The translations under genes and the position numbers were made by a program. Below the pieces are notes generated by a model. That model ran no database searches. It saw nothing but the letters and a program-made list of their open reading frames with translations, and had not been told where the DNA came from. Source: Camelus dromedarius (lineage: Eukaryota). Taken from it: a stretch of 64,000 nucleotides of DNA. Within the stretch, counting starts at the first letter, position 1, and each line of letters begins with the position of its first letter. The stretch is taken from positions 24,802,001-24,866,000 of the forward strand of contig NC_087437.1 in NCBI RefSeq assembly GCF_036321535.1, written 5' to 3'. Of this stretch, positions 12,597 through 24,497 are shown piece by piece.

Positions 12597-15500
12597 TCAA
12601 AAGGCTTTTAATTTTTTAAAAAATGTCCTTCACAAATATTCTAACTACTTGCTCTCCCTCCAGCAATACATGAGTTCCTATTTCTGCATCCTTTCATCTA
12701 TGGTCGGTATTACCACTTACCAATACTTTTGGTAATTTGATAGGTGTAAGCTAGGTGTCAGAAGTAGTACTCATCAAAACTCAGTATTTCTCAGAAAATG
12801 GACTAGAATTTCCCATGATCTGTTAAAAGAGGGGCAGTGATCTTTCTGAGGAATAATTTTGCATTCTATTTCCTTGAATTACCCATTTTTACTTGAGTAA
12901 TTCATCAAGATTCTCTATTTCTTTCTGTGACAAAATAAAACCCTATCAATATGATAATTTTAATTTTCTGGTTTTCTGGTCATTAAAAGAGGCCTCATCT
13001 ATGGTCACATTCTGGCTTTGAAATGAACTAACTGCTTTCAGGAATTCCTTTTTCTTTTATGCCCTTTCCTTGCACAGTGGCGTCATCAGAGGCCCCTGAC
13101 TTTTTGTTGCCCTTACTTTTCTACAAGCTGTTCTGAGGAGAGTCAATTTAAAACGTGGTCATGTGTGTAAGGACTGGGGTCAGCTGATGTTCATCATGTG
13201 TGATTGTCCCCAAAGACAGCAAATATCTCGGAGGTAGTTCATTTGTAATAATGCTATTCAGGGCTAAGCTGCATACATGCATATGTGTAGGTATGTGTGT
13301 GTTTTCGCTGAGAGTGAGGGTGAGGAAATAGTGAATACATAAATACATGTGTGTATGAAAGACTTAATATGAAGTGGTTTGTCTTTTTTTTCCTTGAAAT
13401 GTAGTGTTACTACTTTATTTGCAATATAAGAAAAAATAAGACGAACAGTTCACCCATGACATTTTTCCAGTTTTTGGAAATGTGACTTTAACAGATTTCA
13501 TAATTTCATCATCTAGTCCTGCTTAACAAGTATGTCACATCTGCCCCGTGTGTCTCCAACTCTGCAAAGTCCACGCCATGCGCTTTGCCCGAAAGCTGTT
13601 AGGAGCCTGCTGAACATATTGGCTCGTGAACATGTGGTGTGTGTTACCTAGCTTGTTTCTGTTAATGTATTCCACATGCTCTTGGCCCATTTCATGAAAT
13701 AGTTTCCTTTATCTGTTCTATTTGTCTCTATTTCCTACTGTTCTGAATACAGCCATTCACTTTCATGTTGTTTGCCACTGAGAATATTTAATATAAATGT
13801 TTTCCTTTCATAAATATACTTTACATATAAATAATGGTACTTTCAATATTGTTCTGGACCACAGAGGGCTAATCCTCCCTAAACCATATGGTATAAATAG
13901 TTGAACTTAAAATATAGGCTTTAAAGACAAGTATTCGATCAGCAGGGAAACAGTCTAAAATCTGTTACTCATATAGACGTCAAGTAGCATCACACATTCT
14001 CATTTGCCATTAGCTGTTTGTTATTAGGAAACCCTTTTATGTGGATGATCAACCATGTAAGAATTCCCAAGCACTTTACAAATCCATTTATTAAGCGGAT
14101 TTGCCTAGAGTAGCTCTGGATAGCAAGCAAATGGAGGATGGATGTATTTATACACTAACATGGAGACACCAGCCCTTGTCCGTGGTGCAAACTGGAGCAC
14201 ACACTCATCTGATAAGCGAATGAGTCATGCTAATCCGAATGGGCTCCTGATTCCTTCTCTGGACTGCAGCATAGTGCAGACTCTTAAGGTGTGAGAAGGG
14301 GACAGGGAAGGTCTGAACACTCTCCCTCCTCACACTTCCTGAATTCAGAGGTTTCTATCTAAATTAGTGCCAAGAATCACTCAGCCCGAGGTGTCAGCCT
14401 GCATGGTCACAGACTGATTCAGCTTCTCAAGCGGCTTCTAATAGTGCTGAGAAACCTGTCATTGAAGATATAGCTGGAGAATATCCAGACACGGGCCGGG
14501 CTGACCTCCCCTAGCTCAGGACCGGTCACGCGAATGTGTTTGCCTGTCTGTGTTTGTCTCCAGCTCCTGGGCACTGCTTGCTCCCTTCCCACTCCCCGTG
14601 GCTCACAGAATGGCACAGAGAGAGTTCTGGCCTGGGGATTTGACAGGACCAGGAATAGCCATAGATCTGCCATGAACTGAAGACAACTTTCTTCACTGGT
14701 TCATTTTCTACAACAGCTAGTGCACAATAACCCTTATTTTGGCTTTATTCCTAAGGATACTGTAGGGATAAAATTAGATAATGGCCATAAAGATATTTTG
14801 GGAGTTTGTGTTCTTCAACTTTGTGTTTTTCTCTATGTACATTTTTCTGCAATAAATATATATTACTTTTTAGTATAAAGGAAACAATACACTCTCTTTT
14901 TTTTTAAAGTTCTACCTCCACGTGGTATGAACATATTCTACAGACTTCACTGGAAAATTAAAATAGCAGTAATTAATGGTGGCAGCAAAGTGCACCATAG
15001 TTGCAACTATACATGGAGTAGAATCTCAGCATGAGTTTATTTTTAAATATTTGAGAGATTAACATATGTACATATTTAGAAAACACGTATTTTCTAAATC
15101 CTTACTGCATACTCAAGCAATCCAATATAATAAATAGTGTTAGCCCATAATACAGATGTCTGTCTGTTCCCTGAGGTCAGCGTTATTGATGAATCAATGT
15201 AGCCATGAGATAGGAATTTGGGGAGACCAAGGAAGAGCTTAAGCGAGCTGCTGGCTTTGGGATGATGCACACTTTCCCAAGCAGAGTAACAATGTCTTGG
15301 CACCTCTGTAATTTAGGAGCTGCTCGAGTCATTCTAGTACAGACCTGTAAGAAAGAGTAAGAGCAGAAAGGAGGAGCTGTCTCTCCCTTCCAAGAACTTG
15401 CTTTCCAGCCCTGTGAATAGTTCATCCCCTTCATTAGTTGATCTCCAGCCCCGTACTAGCCACCCTGGCACCAATCCTTGCCTTATGTTGTCCACAAGAT

Positions 15501-16911
15501 GATTCTATTTGCATATCTTGCTTTCATTGCATTCAACATTTCCAAAGTCACATAGCTATCACATCTGGAAATGATATCCCTATATCAGTAGAGGCGTAGA
15601 CACTGAAAATAATTACTGACATCGTAAGAGAAATGACAGGAAACTCATTGCTTTTTGGAAAACATACATTGGAGAAGAAAGAACCTGTCATCCTCTGGCC
15701 AAAAGTGACCCATTTAAGTGACATGTTAGTTCTATTTCTAATGGTATGTTAAATTGGCCTTAAGTAACCAGGTCACAATGTTAGTAGAGGCCAACATTAG
15801 TTGGAGAAGAGTTTTGAATCTCCTGAAATGATAATTTTCTTCCTTCCCACTACAGGTGCATGTTATTTATTGTGAAAATTTTTTAAATGTAGAATTTTAA
15901 AATTTGTTTCTGTATTTTAACCTCACTTCTGGGCCTGTGGTCCCTTCACACTTTTACTTCAAGACGTACCTCAAATTCTGTTTATTTCTGGGGTTAAAAT
16001 TACCTTAGATCTTAATGGCATTGGAATCAACAATGAATGTTTCATTTCACAGGGCCCACAAACTTTTCCCTTCTACAGACTAAATGGAGAAGTGGATATG
16101 GCTTTCTCTCGAGATGCAGGGAAGAGACTAGTTTGGGAGTAAAACAAATAGGAGTAATTTCACAAGCAATGCTGATAAATACATTTTAATTACTTAAAGG
16201 TCATCTTGAATTTTAGATAGTGATGGAAAGTATGTTCATTCTTTAGTCTTCAAATCAGGACTCCAGCACCTAATCATAAATTTGCTAGGAAACATGGAAC
16301 AAAATACCTAATACTTGTTCCTGTTTTCTGTGTGCTCCTATCCACCATGCTTTGAAACATCAGCAAAATTTCTGATTTGTGTTTATTTCCTCTCCATAAC
16401 CAGTTAGTCATCAAAATAGCTTTGATTTCCCCTTTAGAATGACTTGCTGTCTGTCCTTCATCCTTCACTGACAATGATACATCACTCCAGACTAAATCCT
16501 TCTTACTTCAAATATCAATGACTGAAACACACTATTTGATTAAATAGCCATGTGATGGTACAGTATGGTGATAGACCGTTGCTCTATCATGGAATAGAAA
16601 TGCCAAAACTAATCACAGACAATGAAAAAATATTAATAATGTAATTATGACAGAGAAACTGAGGCGAAGGTAGAAATAAAATATTTCAAAATAAAACTAA
16701 TTATCTTAGCAGTTGTAATGTTTTTCAGTATATGAATGTGCTATCTTACAAAACTGACACTGATGTTTTTGGAGTTGTCCAGAAAATGGTACTTTTAGGC
16801 ATTTTTAAAATATCAATTGTGATGTTTCTGATCAATTTGGGTCAATTTGGACAGAGTCTTATAGTCCTGGTTATTCAATATTACTTTGTTTGTTATAAAC
16901 ATCCATAATAC

Positions 16912-17398
16912 TGAGACAGGAGGGAAGGGGGCAGGGCACAACCACTAAAAGAATGCTGTAGCCACTGAGGATATGATATAAACAGGTTAGAACCAACTCG
17001 GCCCAAGATGGCAGAAGACCTGACTTCCAAGAGACGTTGAGCCTCATTATGGGCTCATTGTAATACATTAGCATGCTAAATGACACACACACACTCACAG
17101 GCACCTTGACTGTTCCCAGGCTGACCATAAAAGGCCCCAAAATGGACAGGGGCCCAGTTCCTGGAAATCCCTGCCCCTTCACCCAAACAGTAGGAGCAAT
17201 CCTCCCACTTGTTAGCGTATGAAATTAGCCAGCCCATAAAAACTAATTAGTCCTGTACCCTGGAGCTGCTCTCGCTTCGGAGAGGGACTGCCTTCTGTCT
17301 ATGGAATGTGTATCTCTCTAAATAAACTTGCTTTCACTTTACTGTGGCTTACTCTTGAAATCTTCCCTGAACAAGAAAGAACTTACTCTCTGGTAACA
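16912..17398 (+). mobile_element. ERV1 solo LTR, MER41-like (copy A)
   Basis: TG...CA ends; MER41 blocks ccaagatggc, cattagcatgctaaatgacac, aataaacttgctttcactttac, ggtaaca; 4-bp TSD atac on both sides. Confidence 0.9.
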
Positions 17399-17402
17399 AT
17401 AC

Positions 17403-17933
17403 TGACACTGAAAAGTATGGGAGGTGCCAGAGGATGGCCATGTCCCAGGTCCCAGGCAAGTCCCTGGGATGCACCCCGCCAAGTGAGGGTCCTTGGCTTT
17501 GCACAGGAAAGAATTCAAGAGCGAGCTATAGTTGAGTAAAAGTAGATTTAGAGAGGTGTTCACTCCATAGACAGAATGCAGGCCATCAGAGAATGGCCAG
17601 AGAGAGAAAACAGAGCTGAGAGTCATGGTGTTGTGAATCTGTATATGCTAACAAGTGAGAGGATTATTCTAACTACTTTGGGGAAGGGGTGGGGATTCCC
17701 AGGAATTGGACCACCATCCACTTTTGACCTATTGTGTTTAGCCTTGGAACTGTCATGGTGACCGTGGGTGTGTCATTCACCATGATAACACATTACAATG
17801 TGTGTAATGTGGCTCAAGGTCCTGCCATCTGGGGCCTCAAGGTCTACTGGGAGTTGACTCTTCTGCCATCTTGGTACTAATTGCTCTCTCATTCCTTTAA
17901 TGTTTGTGACCTGCCCCCTTCCCTCCTGTCTCA
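17403..17933 (-). mobile_element. ERV1 solo LTR, MER41-like (copy B, different R/U5)
   Basis: Minus strand begins tgagacaggagggaagggggcaggtcacaaac, homologous to the U3 of copy A; TG...CA ends; flanked by atac (17399-17402, 17934-17937). Confidence 0.9.
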
Positions 17934-20267
17934 ATACTACTAATAATAGTAATAATAAAATATAATTTATTAACTGGGAAGCCTGTAATTCAATTTCAAT
18001 TACTTTATCACCTCTTTTTATATTGCTTTAATGCTGTCATTTTACCACCAGAGTTGACATGTCAAATGTGTGCATGACTTTGAAGGAAGCACAGTATTTA
18101 GTTCTGTGTTTTGTTGGTAGTTTTAGCAAAAGGTAGAGTTGGGAGAAGATGAAGAAATACATAGCAAAAATAAGCTGAGGAAATGTGAGGTGAATTCTTA
18201 TAAAATTTGGTATTGGCTATAACGTCAAAAGAAGGGACAACATTTGAAAATTATAAACTATTTTTATTCTTCTAAATATAAAACTTTAGTTATGCATCCC
18301 TCTGCCTGGGAGCATGTATGTGTAGAGATTAGATATGTTACAGAAGTCACTAAGAGAAAGCAAATGCGAAATAGGATTACACATCAAGACAGTAGCTTCA
18401 TACACTAGGCTTTTGCCTTGAAAGAGGATTTTCCAAATTCCTTATTCTCCCATTAACTGATCAAAAGCTGAGCATTGAGCTCCTGGGATTTTTAGTACAG
18501 AACAGGTTCTCTTTAGGATCTGGACAGCAAAGCCAGGAGACTTACCGCTGCTGAGCAGAGGTCTATGGTTTAGGATAACTTAAAGAACTTGTTTACCTTG
18601 GAGAAAATGAGAAGAAGAGGGGAAAGGAAGAGAGAGTCAGGCAGTCATGAATCTGGGGCTTTGGCTTAAAGGAGAAAGACAGACTAAATAAGGTAGGGTG
18701 AACTCAATGGCAGAAGTGTGCTGAGAAGGCAATCTTGAAGAAATCCCAGCTTTTCAGCCTTATGCAAAGGAAATATTGCTGCCATTTTTTGTTTATGTCA
18801 ATAGTATTTTACCATAGATTGTGTAGAGAGGTGCATGTGGATTTCAGTCCCTAGTATCATTCATCCCTAGTACATGGTGGATACTACAAAACAAAGTGAT
18901 GAATTGAGGAATGATTACATAACCTCACGTTAGGACTCTCCCTATGTATTACCATTACTTTTCCTAAATCATCACAGAGAAAAATGTTATGTATCCTTTT
19001 ATTATGTTGACTTGGTAATATTTGCTCTTGGAACAAAAAATGTATAATGTAAACAATATTTATAGATCAGTTCTAAAAAATTGGTGAGGTGAAAATATGG
19101 AAGTTTTAAAAATAAATATTCTATAGGGAATTTTGAAGATTATTTTGGGGGAAAAGGGAGGATCCTTTTCTCTTCAAAGACAGGAAGTATCCGAAGAAAA
19201 AGCCAGTGCCCAGCATTTTGTTACTATTGTCAACCGATGCCAATTTCCAAGCTCAGGCATTCAGATCATTGCCAAAAGCTGTGAGCATGGAGAATTCCAC
19301 GATACCGAGTGAGCACTGCACAGACTTCTCATGAGCCCTTAATGACAACCAGCTTCCCAAAGTGCAGGAAGAGCTCAGACCAGAGCAGAACTATAACGTG
19401 ATTCAATGGCACCATTTACCATAAGAATACAATTTTAAAAACGAGCAAAAGTATCACCAATGAGATTTTACAGGGGTTTCACTTGACTATAATCTATGGG
19501 ACAATACTGGCAGCACGAGTGCCCTTTGCCTACAAGTTTACTCTGTTTTCTTCCTTCTGTCCCCTACATCCTTCTTTCTTTTGCCTCATTCTGATGCAAC
19601 AGGACACAGGCAGCAAGCGACTCAGGGGACTGCACTGCAAAGTGAAGTCAAGCTAGAATGGAATGAAGTGTTGAAGGTTTCTCTTTAAAATTCATCGGAC
19701 ATTCACACCCAACTTTACAAATCAATGATCAGTGTGAGCAACACTTCAATCACAGAAGTGAGGAAATGCATTAATGGGTGTCAGAAAACAGATTAAGAGG
19801 ACATCACCCCAGAGCCAGCAGTCCTGTGAAATGACAAAATTCAACTGTGAGAGAGTTCTCGGAGAGTCACTGTGTCTGTTTCTAAACATTTTTCACTGCA
19901 AACTCCTACATCAAATATTTGACCTTCATTACTGATCCCTTCACTCATATGTTATTATTGGTATTATTTTATTATTATTCTTTGTGATAGACCTAGAGAT
20001 CAATTATTGAGATAAAAGAAAATTTGGATTTTAATTGTTTTACATTTGCATTCAAGGCTTCAATAGAGGTTGAAAGGAGTAAATTATGTTGGAATAAATG
20101 GAATAGATTTAGGACTAGGAATGGTAAATTCAAATCATGTATAGGGTTTCATACAGAAGAAAGGGGAGAGCCACAGGAAAATTATAGGCACCAAGTAAAA
20201 TGCAGAGACCACAGCACGATTTTCATGGTCTGGTCCCTGCCCACTTCCCCAGCTTCATCTTCTCCCA

Positions 20268-21732
20268 TGGAGGGCTGGGACACACAGGACCTCATGTTGG
20301 ATTTAATGCTTTGTTGTTGCCATTCTGAAATTGTTAATTTTGCCTTTGAATTTGTGATTTGTAAGTGAAGTGCAACGAGACTGTCACCAAGTTCAAGCTC
20401 ATACTGCTCGCCACACAATGGGCCAATGAATTGAGAGAGAAGTTGTTAGGGCAAGGAATAATGACTTAATTCAGAAAGCCAGGAGACCAAGAAGATGGTT
20501 GGACTAGTGTCCCAAAGAACCATCTTGCCTGAGTTAGAATTCAGATTTCTTTTATATTAAAAGTTGAGGGAGTAAAGTCAAACGTTTCCTATTTCCGGTC
20601 AGCATCCGGAGGTGTTAATTTCTTCCTGCCTGCAGCCATTCACAGGTGGGGCTGGTTAGGAGGTTTCCTGTGAACTAAAGAAAGGAGTTTTAGCTTAATG
20701 CTCATTACCTGGGAGGCAGGGTTCCCAGAGCTGGGCTATTTTGTGTAATTTAAGCTTATAGGCAACATCCCTTTTGTGATTAACAAGCAGTAGAACACAA
20801 AGGTTAAAGTAAAAGAAACAGATCCAGTACTGAGTCAGATTTGTCCTTCCCTATTACAAGACAATGGAACATGCCCACACACAGGGGAATGTGTATAATG
20901 GGTGGGCCTACAGTTCTTGGATGCCTCAGTTTGATATGCCCTATAAGCACAAAATTCCACTGGATTCAGGAGTAGGTGGAAGTTTGGTGAGACTCAAAGC
21001 AACTACAAGGTAAGTGTGCACTGTCTACAACTAACAGGATGGTGCTGACAGCCCCCGAGACTGTCTTTTCCTTGTGAACCAGACCTTGCTCCCAGTGCAG
21101 AAAGAAGACAATAGCATTCTAAGAAACACAAAGGATCGAGGAATCTTCCCATGTACTTCTCTGTATTAGCCAATTACTTCCGTGGAAAGGGATGATGGAG
21201 GTGGGAAGGGAAGGAGGCTAGCCCATAGTTCCTTTCCCACTTCCTCCTTCCTCCTTATCCATCAGTAAGCTTAAGTAGAGAGTGTTGGTAGAATGTGCTT
21301 GTATCAAGAAGTGAAATAAAAGCAGTGGAGTTAGTTTTGTGCAGCATTTTCATTGTTCTGGTAAGAATAAAATACATCTGTGTGTACGAGCTATGAAATA
21401 CTGATTGTGCAGTTTTGGTGATTCTACGTACGAAGTGAAGTAAATGTTCTTAGAATCACACTTAAAAAATCACACACAAAAGTTTGCCCAATATAAAGAT
21501 AAATGGAAAAAATTAAGGAAATGATTTAAAATTTTAACTTTTTAATTTTTTACACTTAAAATGATACTAAATTACAAGTAAAAAAAATCCCACCATGTCA
21601 AATGAAAAGAGACAGTAGAACAAAGGAAAAGATCTCATCTTAGGAGCTTTGATGGCATCTTTTTCTGCATTTTGAACAAGGGGCCACATTTTCATTTTGT
21701 ACTGGGTCTTGTGAATTATATAGCGTACTCTG
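20268..21732 (+). mobile_element. hAT-Tip100 Zaphod/MER91-type DNA transposon, split by an LTR
   Basis: 5' part ttggatttaatgctttgttgttgccattctgaaattgttaa and 3' end tttgaacaaggggccacattttcattttgtactgggtcttgtgaattatatagc match MER91/Zaphod termini; left boundary approximate. Confidence 0.75.
20382..20858 (-). mobile_element. ERV1 solo LTR
   Basis: TG...CA ends, exact 4-bp TSD agac (20378-20381, 20859-20862); minus strand starts tgtaatagggaaggacaaatctgactc and contains a tataaaag TATA box. Confidence 0.85.
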
Positions 21733-21829
21733 CTTCTACTCTTCCCTTTGGCCACTGCATGACATTCTTTTTTCCAGTTTCAATGGTTCCTTCCCACCTC
21801 CAGTCCCTTCACCAAACTCATCCCTTTGC

Positions 21830-22112
21830 TGGGACCACTTTCTTCCCTGCCTTTCACCTGGTTGGAGCTCCTTCCCATCTTAGTGAAATGCACGTTGCTC
21901 TCTGTCACTTCTCCCTGCTTGTCTCCTAGCATGTACTAGTCAAAGTTATTTACTAATTTTTAAATCTACTTTTCAAAACAAAATTATCTTCCAAATTCCA
22001 TTGTAAGCTCCTGAGGGAAAGGGACTACAAACTGTTTCTTCACTAAGTGAACTCAGTGTGAATGGAGTAGCAGCCAGTCAATATTTGTTGAATGAACAAA
22101 TGAATTAATGGA
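21830..22112 (+). mobile_element. L2 3' end
   Basis: tgtaagctcctgagggaaaggga...caatatttgttgaatgaacaaatgaat. Confidence 0.7.
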
Positions 22113-22204
22113 ATTTGAGTTGAAGGAACTTTGCACCCAGATAATGAGGAATATAATGTATCTTCCCAGAGAAATGTTATTTCACAGCTTGAATGTCTTT
22201 CAGA

Positions 22205-22310
22205 AGAGATGCCAAACAAAGCACAGGACACCCAGTTAAATGTAAATTTGTGTTTGCTAAATCCTGCATCTCATTCTGTGTTTTTACAGGCTAAATCTGT
22301 AAACCTTACC
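22205..22310. mobile_element. Internally deleted MER53-type hAT MITE
   Basis: acaggacacccagttaaatgtaaattt...gctaaatctgtaaacct. Confidence 0.5.
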
Positions 22311-22857
22311 CTAAGAAACAACTGTAAAAAGAGTTGAGTCTTTAAATGAAGTGTGAATCTGATAATAGAACAGTGTGGTAGTTTGAACTTATTTCAGTTA
22401 TGAACCCAATTAGAGCTCTGATAGAAGCTGTAAGTTAATTCCCCCAGAAAAATACATATAACCAAATGCATTTTCCTTCCTGGAGGAAGGTTTACAGACT
22501 CTCTGAAGCCCATCCTTGGTCCTGCCTGCTCTCACAGTCCCACATCTAATTGATCTTCAAATCTCCCAAATATTCTCAAATCTATGCCCTTGTTCCTGTT
22601 CCCAGGGCCACATAGTTCAAACCATCATTTCCATCATTTGTCATTAGAATTATATGGTGGCTTCCTAACTGGTCCTTCCTTTAGTCTTTCTCCCCTTTAA
22701 TTCGCTTTCACACAGCCTCTAGCCTAGAGCTCTCTCCCTAAAATGTGTTTCGTTGTGCCTCTCGCCTTCTTAGTATCATTACCTTTCCCATGAAAAAGTC
22801 TTTACAATGGCATGATAAATTTTGCCTAATTTAAAGGGATGTTAAAAAATGGTTAAT

Positions 22858-23172
22858 GAAAAAAGGGACACAAATGAACTTATTTACAAAACAGACACAG
22901 ACTCACAAACATAGGAAACAATCTTATGGTTACCAGCCGGGGAAGGGGGATTGGGAGGGATAAACTGGGAGTTTGGGATTTGCAGATAGCAACTACTATA
23001 ATATAAAATAGATTAACAACGAGGTCCTACTATATAGCACAGGGAACTATATTCAATATCTTGGAATAGCCTATGATGAAAAAGAATACATATTTATATG
23101 TATAACTGAATCACTATGTTGTACACCAGAAATTAACACAACATTGTAAATTGATTATACTTCAATAAAAAA
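22858..23172 (+). mobile_element. 5'-truncated cetartiodactyl/camelid L1 3' UTR
   Basis: gacacaaatgaacttatttacaaaacag...gtcctactatatagcacagggaactatattcaatatc...tatacttcaataaaaaa. Confidence 0.9.
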
Positions 23173-23575
23173 TGATGAAAGAAGACAATTTTGACGATAC
23201 AAATAAAATTTAACACATCATGAAGTGGACAGTCTCCTTTTGGAGAACTGCAAACTGCAGTGGAAGGCAAGAAACTTTTATAGGTTAAAGAATAAAGAAC
23301 AGGGGAGAGAAATAGAACTTATCCGATCATCTGTGCCTACATAGTCCACTTTCTTTGGAAGTCAGTATAGGGCCCAGTGCTGGCTTCATGCTTGGGGATT
23401 GCCTGAGGAGGTACACTGTGTTTCTGGTCGGGTGGAACACTTACAGGGACGTGAATGTGATCTACGTTTCAGTGCTGACCGGGCATCCGGGACAAGAGAG
23501 CTCCGTCCTGGGTCTAGTAAACTCCTCCCCTTCCAGTTTATTAGGACTGGATTATTTATAGTTGCCCGTTTCTAC
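23173..23575 (-). mobile_element. Probable ERV LTR remnant (may begin near 22813 and be split by the L1)
   Basis: LTR-like composition with a cttttatagg TATA-like element, embedded between L2 pieces; boundaries uncertain. Confidence 0.4.
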
Positions 23576-23648
23576 TCTGTTGTTTGTAACTCTGTTTGGT
23601 ATCCTTACTGTTCCCTAGGCCTAGGATGTTCTCTCACCCCATTGTCCA

Positions 23649-24166
23649 TGTAGGGGAAGAAAAAGTTTTCCCTGACCTTTTTAGAGTCCTTGGTTGGGTC
23701 TTCAAATCAGGCTGACAAAGACAGATTAACAAGAGAAAAGCATGCAGATTTACTTAGAATAAATAGTATATTACATGGGAGATTTCATAAGGGAATAAAG
23801 ACCTGAGGGAACAATCAGGATTGAGTATTTTTGTGCTAGGTTTGATGATGAGTGGGCAATCACATAGAATTGCATGGGTTAAGGAATACGAGGTGAGGGT
23901 AGGAAACTGGAGGAAATTTAATGAGGCCGGTTTGTTAGGATTCTTCTCAGCATTTCTTTGTCTTTGGAGACAAGGATGCTCTTTTCCTCCAGGTACAGGG
24001 AGGGCCCTCTCACATGAGGGGTTTATGACCTGTTTCCGAAGCAATGGATTGTAGGAATGTCAAAGTGACCTTCTTGCTTTTGTTATTTTCTCAAACTCCT
24101 ACCAATTAAAGTATTTAACACGCCAAGGGTGTCATTCTTGGGAGTAGTGTGTCCTGAACCCCAGCA
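23649..24166 (-). mobile_element. ERV1 solo LTR (MER31/MER67-like)
   Basis: tgtaggggaagaaaaag...gacagattaacaagagaaaa...gggagtagtgtgtcctgaaccccagca; TG...CA ends, TSD not clean. Confidence 0.75.
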
Positions 24167-24469
24167 GTCTGCCAAGCAGCGGTTCTCTATGAAGCCTTGC
24201 CTGAATCTCCTCCCATCCTTACAGCCACCGAAGGCTGACTTGGTCACTCTCAGGGCCCCTGTTCCTCGTAAGTGCACCACCCTCGAAAGGGATAGTTGAC
24301 TTATCCTTGGCGTCCAGCAGTCCCTGTAATTCTTGAAGAAGTGACTCTGCCATCCCATTTCGTGTCTGTATTCCTTGGACGGTGGCTAATGTGTAATAGG
24401 CACTCAATGAAATTCTGACAAATGAACAAATAAGTGTTAACATGTATTTAACAGTTACTATCATTACTT

Positions 24470-24497
24470 ACACACACACACACACACACACACACAC
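24470..24497. repeat. (AC)n microsatellite
   Basis: Perfect run of ~14 units. Confidence 0.95.

Noticed and set aside
16912..17933. Single DNA transposon with long terminal inverted repeats
   Set aside because: The internal CA-atac-TG junction and MER41-type LTR features show two separate LTRs.
19179..19308. Possible plus-strand exon with a ~50-codon open frame
   Set aside because: Weak AAG acceptor and weak donor; peptide unrecognised.
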